Part shown: in pieces, positions 39,141 through 49,141 of the stretch
Position numbering within the stretch: position 1 is the stretch's first letter
How the letters are laid out: each line of letters opens with the position of its first letter
DNA from: Nitrospirota bacterium
Lineage (GTDB): Bacteria; Nitrospirota; UBA9217
Length of the DNA: 64,000 nt
Assembly: GCA_963845065.1 (NCBI GenBank)
Contig: CAWJQQ010000002.1
Location: 160,001 to 224,000 of the forward strand
Direction of reading: 5' to 3'
The notes under the pieces: model-generated
The model's database searches: none
Told to the model about the DNA's origin: nothing
What the model saw: the letters and a program-made list of their open reading frames with translations, nothing else
Translations under genes and position numbers: made by a program

Positions 39141-39177
39141 AAAAAAAGGACGGCCACCCCCTGCGAATGGCCGTCCC
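39141..39177 (-). terminator. Rho-independent terminator after APC permease
   Basis: GGACGGCCA..TGGCCGTCC-TTTTTTT on the minus strand. Confidence 0.7.
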
Positions 39178-39212
39178 GGCTTACTTTATTGAATCTAGTA
39201 AATCGATGTTGC

Positions 39213-41114
39213 TTATGTATGCGATTCTACTGGCTTGCTTGTGAGCAGGATCTCCTTTCCTTTCGCCTTGCTGGACTTGAGGAAGTACATGGCCCCGTAG
39301 ATGCCCCATATTGCGCAGACGCCCAGGGCGATGTACGGTTCCTTCCAGCTCATGCCCGCGACCGTGAACGGCCCGACCAGGTAGAAGACCATGATGCAAA
39401 GGTTTGCCAGGAGCCCGAGGGCCGGAATAACCACGTGCTTGATCCCGTTGAAGCTGTGGTGCTCCTTGAAGGCCACCATCGCAATCCAGCAGGTTACCAT
39501 GTAGAGCAGGAACGTGCCGAAGTTGCTGACCAGCGTAACGATGAGGAGCGTGTTCGGCAGCTGCAGCATAGGTCGCCGGCTGAGAAGATGCCGAAGCTGT
39601 ACCAGAAGTTGTGTTTGTCCAGGGCTGCCGGGCGTGGTGCCGCCGAGATAAACCGTCACCGTGATGATCCCGATGATCGCCGAGATGCACGGCCAGCGCC
39701 CAGATCGCACGATGGGGCGATGCGTGTCTTGCCGTGCAACATACCGAAGTGGGACGGAACTTCCTCGTCCCTGCCCATGGCATAGGTGACCCGGGCGCCG
39801 GTGCTGAGGCAGGAGAGCGTGGTGCCGATAAGGGCCAGGAACACCGTTGCACGCCTGGACCAGCATGAAGGCCTTGCCTGCTGCATAGCTGCCGAAGAGC
39901 CATGTGCCTGCGATGACCATCATGTCGCCGAGCGGCGCGCCGGAAGCTCCAGCGTTCGACAGGGTGTAGCCGTTATTCAGCATATAGTTTGCCGCGAAAT
40001 ACTCGATCAGGTAGCAGACCGCGCCCTGGATTGCAAGGGAGAGAAGCACGGCCCGGGGAATATCCTTCTTCGGATTCTTCGCCTCATGCGCCATCGAGGT
40101 GACGGACTCGAAACCGACCAGGATCAGAATCGCGATTGCCGCCTGGATAAACATGAAGTTGAACCCGTGCAGACCGATGACAGATGCTGCATTCTTGTGA
40201 TAATTGAATGTCTCTACTCCCTTGTCGTCCTTTGTGATGGCGCCGTCCTTATAGTCGATCGTGAAGGGCGCGGCGAGCTTCGGATCGGTCACCGCCTTGC
40301 CGTCCTTGTCAGCCGGCACGGGATTGCCGTCTTTGTCCTGTGCATCTATCATCACAAAGACCGGTTTTCCGTCCTTGTCCATGGCAGGCTTGTTGTTCGC
40401 ATCCATGACCGGGACTGGATTGCCCTCGTCGTCCTTCTGGACAACTTGGGCTACCTGATAGCTCACCGCCACGCCATTGGACAAATGAAGCCCCGTCGAG
40501 CCCTGTGGATGCTGGACCCGATAGCCGATGGCAATCACAGCGAAAACAAGAAGCGCCGAAATCTGAATGATATTAATCGCGATGTTGACGGCCGTCGTCC
40601 CCGTCACGCCTCGGAATGCGATGTAGGCCACTCCGACCGCGAACACAACGCAGAAGAGAATCATGAACAGCGGGCTGTTATAAGTGCCGCTGAAGGTGTC
40701 CGGGAAGAAAATACTCATCAGATAGCCGCCCAGAATCGCCGTGACGCCGACCATAACCCCGGGATACACCCAGTAATACAGGTGGCTCGCCCAGCCGGTG
40801 ATGAACTTTGCAATGCGGGCGAATTTGTAGGCGTGCGTCTTTGAAAGATACGCCTGCTCAGCGTACAAATACGACGAACCGGGGCCGGGGTACAACTTTG
40901 CCAACTCCGCATAACTGATCGCCGTGGCGAAGCAGAGCAACAGGGCGAAGAAAATACCTGCCCACATGGATATACCGGCCATCGGAGCGCCGTACAATGA
41001 TTGCATTTGAAAAGTCAGCCAGAGGAACGCTCCAGGCGCGATCAGCGCCATTGCGTTCATCGTGAGACCCGTGAGTCCCAATGTTCCCTTGGTTTGTGGT
41101 TGTGCGTTTGCCAT
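39213..41114 (-). CDS. APC-family amino acid/amine permease with a large hydrophilic loop (six +1 insertions between ~39565 and 39855)
   Basis: LIAPGAF, SYAELAKLYPGPGSSYLY, GFESVTSMAHEAKNPKKDIPRA; ATG at 41114 after GGAG. Confidence 0.85.
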   Translation of the reverse strand: MANAQPQTKGTLGLTGLTMNAMALIAPGAFLWLTFQMQSLYGAPMAGISMWAGIFFALLLCFATAISYAELAKLYPGPGSSYLYAEQAYLSKTHAYKFARIAKFITGWASHLYYWVYPGVMVGVTAILGGYLMSIFFPDTFSGTYNSPLFMILFCVVFAVGVAYIAFRGVTGTTAVNIAINIIQISALLVFAVIAIGYRVQHPQGSTGLHLSNGVAVSYQVAQVVQKDDEGNPVPVMDANNKPAMDKDGKPVFVMIDAQDKDGNPVPADKDGKAVTDPKLAAPFTIDYKDGAITKDDKGVETFNYHKNAASVIGLHGFNFMFIQAAIAILILVGFESVTSMAHEAKNPKKDIPRAVLLSLAIQGAVCYLIEYFAANYMLNNGYTLSNAGASGAPLGDMMVIAGTWLFGSYAAGKAFMLVQACNGVPGPYRHHALLPQHRRPGHLCHGQGRGSSVPLRYVARQDTHRPIVRSGRWPCISAIIGIITVTVYLGGTTPGSPGQTQLLVQLRHLLSRRPMLQLPNTLLIVTLVSNFGTFLLYMVTCWIAMVAFKEHHSFNGIKHVVIPALGLLANLCIMVFYLVGPFTVAGMSWKEPYIALGVCAIWGIYGAMYFLKSSKAKGKEILLTSKPVESHT

Positions 41115-41177
41115 ATTGTTCTCCTTTACTTTACGGCGCCTGGCCATACAGGCGCCATTTTTAACACTTTCTCAACT

Positions 41178-42335
41178 TTACCATCTATACATAGCGCCCA
41201 AGGCGATTGTGTCCTGGGACTTCTTCGTTTGATTATCGAAGGACTTCTCGTTAGATGTGTCGTGGCGGTATTCCGGCCGTATGATCAGGCCGCCTGGTAT
41301 CCGGATTTCCGGGGTCACCGTCCATTCGGCCAGACTCTGCTCTGTACCGGTCCTGAATCCCTGTGGGTCGTCGAATGTTTCGCCTCTGAGCGACAGGCTG
41401 TACGTGTCGTTAAAGTCGTACTTCACGATGCCGGCAAAACCCGACCACTTTGCTGTGCCTGAGAGGACGGCGTCTTGTTCGTTTGCGTTATCATAGTTCA
41501 ATATGAATGATAGTTGCTTCAACGGTTTGATCGTGGCGACGAGATCAACCAGTTGCCTGTTATCGTGGTTGTTGTTATCCTGCTCGGGTCCGTACATGTA
41601 GTTGACGTACCCTGAAAAAATGTCCGAAGGTGCATAGCCGATGCTGACGCCTATTGACTTTCCGCTGTTGTTGTCTTCAGCATTGTCCCAACCGTTAACG
41701 ACATACACACTTGCGCTCAGCGCGTCGGTAATACCATAGCTCATTTTGAGGCCCGTATGCGTGAACGGGATCGCATAGTTGAACAGGAACGACCGGGAAT
41801 AGTTCGGGTTGTCGATTGCCTCGATCACTTCAGCGCCGAAATAGGTGACCATTTTCCCAAGGTCGAACCTGAGCCCACTGCCGATCGGCGACATATAGCT
41901 CACATACGCCTCTGTCACGTCGATAGTATCGGTCCCCTCGCCGGACTGGGCCTGGTTTAGAGGCGCGCCGCTCAGGCCCCGTGCATGGATCCACTTTGCC
42001 GTCTCGCCCGAGGAAAGCTTGATTCTGTAGCCGACGTTGCCCGGAGTTGGTGTGTCCTTCGAGATCAGGATCTGGGCAAGATCGAGGGTAAAGCTGTTAG
42101 CATCGTGGTCGAAGACCCTCAAATCGTTTACCGAGTCCTGGGTAGCGCCGTTGCTGGCGTTCCCGTTGTAGGTATAACCGCCCTGAACATAGAAACTTAT
42201 GCCGAGTGCTTTCTTGATGTCATCGGCGCTCACTGCCGTTGCTGCTGGCTTCGCATCGTCTGCAAATACCGGTACTGCCCATGCTGCCATGACCGCAAGC
42301 ATCGCGGTGAACATAAAACCAAGAACCTTTTTCAT
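41178..42335 (-). CDS. Outer-membrane beta-barrel porin (BBP2/DUF1597-like)
   Basis: Signal peptide; EAY, DLGK...GAEVIEA...NYSRSFLF...PFTHTG, NGWD and EYRHD motifs; terminal aromatic residue W. Confidence 0.8.
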   Translation of the reverse strand: MKKVLGFMFTAMLAVMAAWAVPVFADDAKPAATAVSADDIKKALGISFYVQGGYTYNGNASNGATQDSVNDLRVFDHDANSFTLDLAQILISKDTPTPGNVGYRIKLSSGETAKWIHARGLSGAPLNQAQSGEGTDTIDVTEAYVSYMSPIGSGLRFDLGKMVTYFGAEVIEAIDNPNYSRSFLFNYAIPFTHTGLKMSYGITDALSASVYVVNGWDNAEDNNSGKSIGVSIGYAPSDIFSGYVNYMYGPEQDNNNHDNRQLVDLVATIKPLKQLSFILNYDNANEQDAVLSGTAKWSGFAGIVKYDFNDTYSLSLRGETFDDPQGFRTGTEQSLAEWTVTPEIRIPGGLIIRPEYRHDTSNEKSFDNQTKKSQDTIALGAMYRW

Positions 42336-42445
42336 GCTCCCCTCCTATGTATGTCTATTTATGCCCGCCACCCTATTAACGGGCTTGGTGTCATGTGAAC
42401 GCCATTGAAAATGCCGGCTCGCTATCATGTTCTGATCATGTATTT

Positions 42446-42461
42446 AGCAATGCCCATGCCA
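42446..42461 (-). promoter_or_regulatory. Sigma54 (-24/-12) promoter of the porin-permease operon
   Basis: TGGCAT-GGGCA-TTGCT on the minus strand. Confidence 0.82.
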
Positions 42462-43197
42462 GGAGCATCTGCGACATCCCGTTTACAACAATATCCTGAT
42501 TTCATAACGATATTTATCTACTGTGATGAAAAATAGAAAAAAATTGACAGTTCAATGAGGATGCGATTTTAGGCACACGCTCAGATTTTAGGCAAAGAGC
42601 GGTATAAACTGCAGGCGGCTTTGCAAATTATGATCGAATTTCGAATCAGTGATGTTGACCGTCACAATGAAGTGACGTGAATATTCAGTTATGAAACTTT
42701 TTCTGATGCGAATCGATATGCTTTAGATTGTACTCATACCGAGTATGCAATCAAAGAGGAATACCTGTGGACATAAATCCTCACAATTTCGGAATGTAAT
42801 CGACGAACTATATCCAAACAGCCACGATGGCATCTGGATACAATGCATCGCTGGGGCAAGGTTATCTTAATATGGAGGAATATGGATCTGACGGCGGGCT
42901 GATGCTTTTCGTTGAATGCACGAAACGGTAGGGGATACGACGCATATTGTAAGACCGTACTCAATAGTGATGCCAGGACAGGCTGGGATGCAGTAACACG
43001 AAGGGCGTGATGGCGGCGAAAATATATATATTTGATAGTTTACAGCATATCTGCACGTTGATTTCTTCCGTTGGATCAAATTATGAACATCTAAAGTTTA
43101 CCCCACTGTTCCGGTAATGGGACCCGGGGCTACCTCCGATCGATAACGGCCAGAGCGGAGGTGACTCTCTGCATGCGCCGATAGTATCGTTAAAGCC

Positions 43198-44028
43198 CTA
43201 CAGCCTCGGCATCGGCTCCGAGAGCGTCCCGCCAAGATTGAACTGATAATACCCTTCCGCATCCCTGTTTTTCAGCAAAGCCAAAATTCCCGCTTGTTCC
43301 TGAGCGAGACGTTCCGACGGTTTTAGTTTAATGGCGAGGTTAATCGTTCCGCGTTCTCGGAGTACCATATCTCCCACGCATCTGATCTTAAGCTCCTTGC
43401 CGTTCATTTCCAGTTTTTTGATCGTCAGCCGGTCGCCTTTAAGGTCCGCATCGATCCAGCATTCATCGAAATCCATGTCCGGAATCGAAAAACCTTTTAT
43501 CTTCAGCTCACGGAGGGCCAGGCTTTTTAGCCAGACCCTTCCCTTGCCCGTATCGTTGGTTACCTCGAAATTTCCTCCGAGCTTGCCGGTGAGCTTCAGT
43601 CCTAAATTTTTCAGGAGTTGGTAAGACCCAATGTCCAGGCCGTTTGCATCGCACTGGAGATACTGTCGGCCAGGCCCCTGCTGAATCTTCAAGAGCAAAT
43701 CGCCGCCATACGCTTTAGCTTTCAGGTCTGCGGCAAGGTGGCCGCGCAGCAGGCCAAAAAGCGAGATCGTCGTTCTAACCGAGGGGCTTTCGAATAAAAC
43801 GCTGCCTGTTTGATCGGAAACGACGACATCGGACAGGAGAAAACTATTAAAGAACCGCGGTGAAATGCGGGATATACTCAGCTCGACCGGGGTGCGTTGG
43901 CTGACTTCCGACTCAAGCTTTGCCTTGACCCGGTCAAAAGGGAATAAGAAGAAAAGGAAAACGAGAAAGGCTGCCGTGAAGTATGCAACGAACGAAGCGC
44001 GTCTGATGAGCAGTTGTTTATCGATCAT
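43198..44028 (-). CDS. gspN: Type II secretion protein N
   Basis: N-terminal TM followed by FPFD, beta-rich body, GTLSEP C-terminus; last gene of the gsp cluster. Confidence 0.75.
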   Translation of the reverse strand: MIDKQLLIRRASFVAYFTAAFLVFLFFLFPFDRVKAKLESEVSQRTPVELSISRISPRFFNSFLLSDVVVSDQTGSVLFESPSVRTTISLFGLLRGHLAADLKAKAYGGDLLLKIQQGPGRQYLQCDANGLDIGSYQLLKNLGLKLTGKLGGNFEVTNDTGKGRVWLKSLALRELKIKGFSIPDMDFDECWIDADLKGDRLTIKKLEMNGKELKIRCVGDMVLRERGTINLAIKLKPSERLAQEQAGILALLKNRDAEGYYQFNLGGTLSEPMPRL

Positions 44029-44031
44029 ATC

Positions 44032-44532
44032 CTACCCGGCGCTCGAGACGAAGATCGTCGCGTTGATAAGTTTTGGATTGTCATAGCGGGGCTTGAACTG
44101 GAGTTTCCTGATCCGAAGCGTGTCCTTCTCCAGCATGTAGACGTAGTTCACGATATCGTAGAGGGTTATGTTCTCGAGTTTGATTTCGACGATATTTTCC
44201 TTGAAACCCTCGGTCTGCACACCCGCCTGCGGCTTGAGAGACACGATTTTGCTGCTCAGGTTGGCCCGTTTCGTGATGTTCTCGATTTCGGTGAGGATAG
44301 GACCGTGCTTGGCAGCCTCTGCCTGGACTTGCTGCAATTGTTTCTGAATCTCCGTGTACTGCGTCCGCAGCGCCTTCATCTCCATGACATCTTTTTCCTT
44401 TTTCGGCATCAATTCACGCTTCTGGGAAAGGTCCGCCAAAAGAGGAGACAGTACCAATGCATAGAGCAGGATCACTACAGCCGCCGTGCCGCCGAAGATT
44501 AGTACCTTTTTATCTCGTTCTTCTAAGTTCAA
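44032..44532 (-). CDS. gspM: Type II secretion protein M
   Basis: LEERDK plus TM plus coiled coil; position after gspL. Confidence 0.8.
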   Translation of the reverse strand: MNLEERDKKVLIFGGTAAVVILLYALVLSPLLADLSQKRELMPKKEKDVMEMKALRTQYTEIQKQLQQVQAEAAKHGPILTEIENITKRANLSSKIVSLKPQAGVQTEGFKENIVEIKLENITLYDIVNYVYMLEKDTLRIRKLQFKPRYDNPKLINATIFVSSAG

Positions 44533-44565
44533 GAATAACTCCCAATAGTACTGGTAAACTGCGAT

Positions 44566-45897
44566 TTACAGCGCTTGTTTCAATTTGATTTCGAACCGGA
44601 ATTTCACCTTGTTGTCCACTCCCATTCTCGTGTCCAGGACTTGCACCTCGTTAAAAGCGCCGGCCTTTTGCAATTCGGCTTTCATTTTATCTATGGACTC
44701 GAAGGATGCGGCCTCGCCCTGAAGCTTCAGCAGGTTGCCTTCGAGGAGGAAATCCTGGAAAGTCACGCGGACTTCCTTCGGGATCCCCTCGGTCACGGCC
44801 TTCATCACGTCGAGAGCGGACATTCCCGATCCGAGCGCGCCGAACTTCTTCTTCGATTCATCGAGTTTTGCGCGGAGCTGCCGCACCGGGTCGGCGACTG
44901 ATTTAGCTTCTGGGACCGTTTGATGATAAATTTCCTTGATCTCCCGGTCGAGCTTGCTGTAACTGGATTCGATCAAATAGTATTTCACGCCGATGTTTGC
45001 CGCAACTAAGACCACTGCACATGCTCCAGCGATGATGAGGGTTAGCCGTTTCTTGCGCGCGCCCGCATCGGCCAGGCGGTAAGCAAACTCACCTTTTCGG
45101 AAGTTGATTTGCTCAGAGAGCGCAATACCCAGGCTCGTGGGATCTGCCGGCTTCATTCCCGCGAAGTCTGGTGTTATCTGCTCGGTTGTGATCCCCAGGT
45201 CCGCAAGGTCGGCGTTTAACCCGTTATTTTCGGATAGGAGATATGCATTTTCGATTCGCGTTCCCTGTTCTATCTCGAATGCCTTTATCGTGTGCCTGAT
45301 TCCACCCGTTGCTTGCGAGGTGGAAAAGCTCCTGCATGCTATCACGCCGTTTCCGATCTTGAGGCAGATATCATTGCCGTCGATGATGAGTGCAGCGCCC
45401 TCGACGGGTATCATTTTCGCAATATAGAAAAGACCGATGTAGGACGGGATAATGACCTGCGGGTCCAATCCCGTCGAGGCGAGCAGATCCAGGTGCTGCC
45501 GCAGGATGGTCTTCGGGAGCACAATCCCGAGCACTGCGGAATCTTTCTTTTTATCGTCCCCAGCCTCGGTGCGGTCCAGCACAATGTGGTCCAGTTCCAC
45601 GTCATCAAAAGAAAACGGGATGACATCTTCCAATTCGAACGGAAGGGCCTTCTCCAGGCGCTTGCGATCGCTGAATGGGAACGTCAGGATCCGTTGACTG
45701 AACTTGTTGCCGGGTATGGACGAGATAATGCGAGCGTCGGCCCACTCACTCGATTTTGTGCGCAGAATGTCGGCAAGTTCGATATCTGTTGCAAAGGGAA
45801 TGCTGTAGGAGTCCTTGATCTCCGTCTGACGCAGGCCCTTTTCAATAACCGACACGGAAAGCTTCCCTTTCTTAATTTTCAGACCAACGATTTTCAC
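44566..45897 (-). CDS. gspL: Type II secretion protein L
   Basis: Actin-like cytoplasmic domain (ALPFELED), INFRKGEF, TM, PilN-like periplasmic domain. Confidence 0.85.
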   Translation of the reverse strand: MKIVGLKIKKGKLSVSVIEKGLRQTEIKDSYSIPFATDIELADILRTKSSEWADARIISSIPGNKFSQRILTFPFSDRKRLEKALPFELEDVIPFSFDDVELDHIVLDRTEAGDDKKKDSAVLGIVLPKTILRQHLDLLASTGLDPQVIIPSYIGLFYIAKMIPVEGAALIIDGNDICLKIGNGVIACRSFSTSQATGGIRHTIKAFEIEQGTRIENAYLLSENNGLNADLADLGITTEQITPDFAGMKPADPTSLGIALSEQINFRKGEFAYRLADAGARKKRLTLIIAGACAVVLVAANIGVKYYLIESSYSKLDREIKEIYHQTVPEAKSVADPVRQLRAKLDESKKKFGALGSGMSALDVMKAVTEGIPKEVRVTFQDFLLEGNLLKLQGEAASFESIDKMKAELQKAGAFNEVQVLDTRMGVDNKVKFRFEIKLKQAL

Positions 45898-46802
45898 AAA
45901 GCTCTCCAGTAGTTTATTGTATATCCAGTGGCCGACCGGGTGATGATGGCTTCGATCTGCTTCGTATATCCGCCTACTGTTGCAAAAGAATCGACCTTAA
46001 CCACATTGCTCGTGGTCGTCAGTTGACCCGCCGCCATCGTGTTTGTAGGCCCAAGGAAATCGGCCACGCTTCCCGCATCCTTGAAAGGTTCCTCGTTCCT
46101 CCGCGACACGATCATCGCGGCCATGTTGGGGTTTATGCCGATGGTCTCTAGCACATCGACGGATGCCGTATTGATGTTGATCTGCGTTACGGGAGCCAGC
46201 GTCAACGAATCCTTCACCTTTTTAAAATCCTCATCATTCAAAAACTGGTGGAGCTCTGTAAGCAGATAGAAACTCCTGCGTTCCTCGATCATCCACGTGC
46301 TTATCTGATCGAGAATATTCTGGTCTATTCCTCGATTGGTGAACAGGATGACCAGCTGATTATACGTATTGTTTCCCTTGACGATGTTGGTGATGTTGAT
46401 TTTCCCGCTCTCGTCCTCCCACCGCACCTTGAGCTCGGTGTCGTTGCTTTCCGTCGTATCAGAGAGATCTGTGTCGCTGCTGCCTGTCATAAGTGTAGCA
46501 ATAGGGACGACCTCCCAGTCCCGCTGCTCAATATTGTCCTGTGCGTTACCTTGCTTGAGATTATAGCTCAAAAGCAGACCGGCAAACTTCACACCCGAGC
46601 GAGCCAGGTAATATGCGCGCTCGCTGTCACGAAAATTAACGGACGACCGTAGACTTATTCTCGTGCCGTAGGCGAATTCGAAAATCAGTGCAATGAGAAG
46701 CGCCGTGACCAAAAGCACGATGATCAGCGCGACACCGCGATTATTTTTCCCCCGTCCCAGGAATCTACTGCAAATCTGCGCTCTTAATGCTGATATCCAC
46801 AC
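45894..46802 (-). CDS. gspK: Type II secretion minor pseudopilin K (start uncertain)
   Basis: RG|VALIIVL, DESGKINI, ININTAS..VL. Confidence 0.88.
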   Translation of the reverse strand: MWISALRAQICSRFLGRGKNNRGVALIIVLLVTALLIALIFEFAYGTRISLRSSVNFRDSERAYYLARSGVKFAGLLLSYNLKQGNAQDNIEQRDWEVVPIATLMTGSSDTDLSDTTESNDTELKVRWEDESGKINITNIVKGNNTYNQLVILFTNRGIDQNILDQISTWMIEERRSFYLLTELHQFLNDEDFKKVKDSLTLAPVTQININTASVDVLETIGINPNMAAMIVSRRNEEPFKDAGSVADFLGPTNTMAAGQLTTTSNVVKVDSFATVGGYTKQIEAIITRSATGYTINYWRAL

Positions 46803-46805
46803 TGA

Positions 46806-47492
46806 TTACCACCCCACGTCCACTTTCGTGATATAGGCGGAACCATCATCAAGCAGAAGCGAAATCTGCACGGCGGTCGGCAGCATTGTTCCGCTAGGCC
46901 AATCGTTAGACCAAATAGTACCGTTGTAGTACTGGAATTGAAGGCTTTTCACCCTGTCGGTCAACTCGTACTCGACCCCTCCTTCAAGCGCAGGTACCTC
47001 TACGTTTAGCTGGCGCTTTTCCCTCCGCATCAGGATATATCCCGAGCCGTCCGGTTTTTGCTTGAAATAGTAGCCCACTTCACAGAGGTCCGTCTCTGGC
47101 GTATTCGGCCTGCGCCAGTTTGTCAGGGTAGTCAGGTAGAGTTCGTCTTGATGAATTGTGTTTCCATTGCTATCGCTTGGTATATCAGGCAGGACCATCT
47201 TGCCGTAAAAAACGGTCAGGGGATTCATCCCCGCGTTCACATAGGCATTCGCGATGTCGCTGGATATCTTCGATACCAGCGTGCGGACCAGGTCCGACGT
47301 ATCCCGAATTTTCTCGGCCTGCTCGACGTTCCGGCTCGCCATGAAAAAGCTCGAGTAAATCACCGACACGATCCCTGCCATGATCGCCGTCGCAATGATC
47401 AACTCGAGGAGAGTAAAACCCCTGTGATTTCCGATTTCCGAGTTCGAATTTTCAATTTTATTCTTATTCAATCCCAAATCCGCAATCACCAA
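46806..47492 (-). CDS. gspJ: Type II secretion minor pseudopilin J
   Basis: RG|FTLLE prepilin motif; LPTAVQI C-terminus. Confidence 0.85.
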   Translation of the reverse strand: MVIADLGLNKNKIENSNSEIGNHRGFTLLELIIATAIMAGIVSVIYSSFFMASRNVEQAEKIRDTSDLVRTLVSKISSDIANAYVNAGMNPLTVFYGKMVLPDIPSDSNGNTIHQDELYLTTLTNWRRPNTPETDLCEVGYYFKQKPDGSGYILMRREKRQLNVEVPALEGGVEYELTDRVKSLQFQYYNGTIWSNDWPSGTMLPTAVQISLLLDDGSAYITKVDVGW

Positions 47493-47501
47493 TGTTCAAT
47501 G

Positions 47502-47969
47502 CTACTCATAACTCACCAGCTCGACCGTTTCCGGCCGTGTCCCCTCATTCCACAGCACAATAACATGCACTTCCTGGATTGTTATGATGGATGTGGGGTC
47601 GATGATTTTTTTCCAGGTGTAGTCCTTAAATTCCGCCTCGGGAAACGTGCCCTCCAATTCCAGCGTCTGGCCGGGTTTGGCCTCTGTTGTCGTCTCGACC
47701 ATCGCGCGCTTTGCCAGCATTGTGGCTGTGGTCATGTGCTGCATGAGCATCACGTTTTCCATGCTGCTGTTTTTCAGACCCAGGAGAGTGACCAGTACCA
47801 TGGCCATGATCGCCACGGCGACCATTACTTCGAGAAGGGTAAAGCCTCTTGAGTTCAAAGTTTGAACTGCTCGGTGACGGCAGGAAGATCTCCACTCCGC
47901 GCTTGCCGCATTGGCACGCATCACATCCCCATATCTCAACTCCACATACTTCATAGACTCTTTGAACAC
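47502..47969 (-). CDS. gspI: Type II secretion minor pseudopilin I (start uncertain)
   Basis: RG|FTLLEVMVAVAI. Confidence 0.82.
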   Translation of the reverse strand: MFKESMKYVELRYGDVMRANAASAEWRSSCRHRAVQTLNSRGFTLLEVMVAVAIMAMVLVTLLGLKNSSMENVMLMQHMTTATMLAKRAMVETTTEAKPGQTLELEGTFPEAEFKDYTWKKIIDPTSIITIQEVHVIVLWNEGTRPETVELVSYE

Positions 47970-47975
47970 CTGCGG

Positions 47976-48488
47976 TTAGCTTTGGCTCTCCTCAATATAA
48001 CCTTTGCGGAGTTCTGTACTTCCCATGAGCGGGTTCACAAGAAGCGTAAAATCCCTGTCATCTCCATCCCGCAAATGGATGGCGGCATTCTCCACCCATC
48101 CATCGGGAGTGAACTGGATGAAGGGATCGTCCGGATGGCTTGCGGCCTGGACATCGCGAAACGTTGTCTGTCCGGACAGGCTCCCTTCAGCCCCGATTTC
48201 TGATTGCCACTTCGTGAATTCAACGGTCTGGTCGTTTGTCAGGGTCTGGACCTCAGCCCAATAGCGCCCGCCCTGGACATCAAACCGAAGCCTGTACACA
48301 GTTTTCCGTGACTGGGATTCGTCCCGCAGGAAACGGATCATGCCGGTGAGGTGCCTGGCGCTCCGCTTTACGTTCGCTTCGCCGAGTTCGCCGATACGGG
48401 GAACGATCAAGGAGATCATGACGCCCAAAATCACGATCACGATCATCATTTCAATGAGCGTGAAGCCATCTTTTTTCTGCGATGCCAA
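47976..48488 (-). CDS. gspH: Type II secretion minor pseudopilin H
   Basis: DG|FTLIEMMIV, IQFTPDG. Confidence 0.85.
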   Translation of the reverse strand: MASQKKDGFTLIEMMIVIVILGVMISLIVPRIGELGEANVKRSARHLTGMIRFLRDESQSRKTVYRLRFDVQGGRYWAEVQTLTNDQTVEFTKWQSEIGAEGSLSGQTTFRDVQAASHPDDPFIQFTPDGWVENAAIHLRDGDDRDFTLLVNPLMGSTELRKGYIEESQS

Positions 48489-48516
48489 TTCCGCGCCCCT
48501 TATTCAGTGCCTCTTA

Positions 48517-48954
48517 CTATATCTTCCAGCTTTCGATATCCGCATTGTTGCCCTCGCCGCCGGGCTCGCCATCTGCACCGTACGAAACAATCTCATACTC
48601 CCTGTTTTCGCTTCCCGGAGAAGTGTAGATGTAATCATGGCCCCATGGATCCTTTGGTATTCTGGCCGGTTTGAGATAACCGCCTGGGCGATACTTGTCA
48701 GCGTCAGGAATGCGCCCTGTCGTGGGAATATTGATCAATGCATCGAGGCCCTGGTCCGTTGACGGATAAAACCCATTGTCGAGTTTGAACGCATCGAGTG
48801 CGCCCTCCAGGGCGCGGATCTGGGTCTTGGCTATCTCGACCTTCGCCTTCTCTTCCTGCCCCAAGAATTTTGGAAGCACTAATCCAGCAAGGAGTCCGAG
48901 AATAATGATGACTACCATGATTTCGATCAGGGTAAAACCTTTTTGATTCTTCAT
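48517..48954 (-). CDS. gspG: Type II secretion major pseudopilin G
   Basis: KG|FTLIEIMVV, YPSTDQGL, DPWG, SYGADG..GGEG..ADI. Confidence 0.96.
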   Translation of the reverse strand: MKNQKGFTLIEIMVVIIILGLLAGLVLPKFLGQEEKAKVEIAKTQIRALEGALDAFKLDNGFYPSTDQGLDALINIPTTGRIPDADKYRPGGYLKPARIPKDPWGHDYIYTSPGSENREYEIVSYGADGEPGGEGNNADIESWKI

Positions 48955-49141
48955 AAATACCTCCCCAAATCATTTGAATCTGCAAATGGACAAAGATGCG
49001 TCTTTACCGCACACACGGAAAAGTCATCAGAGTTTATCTGAGTTTTACATTTAGCCGTAACGCGAAGCCCGAGTGGGCGAAGCGCCTGTTGTTCCCCATT
49101 CGTAGCAATCTGTACCTCTATGCCTGCCTGTTTCACGATGG

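Noticed and set aside
39786..40844. 352-aa plus-strand ORF
   Set aside because: It is the antisense shadow of the APC permease.
42600..43190. Short ORFs and a hairpin (43125-43170) between gspN and the porin promoter
   Set aside because: The ORFs have no motifs or clear RBS, and the hairpin lacks a U tract or recognisable RNA family features.
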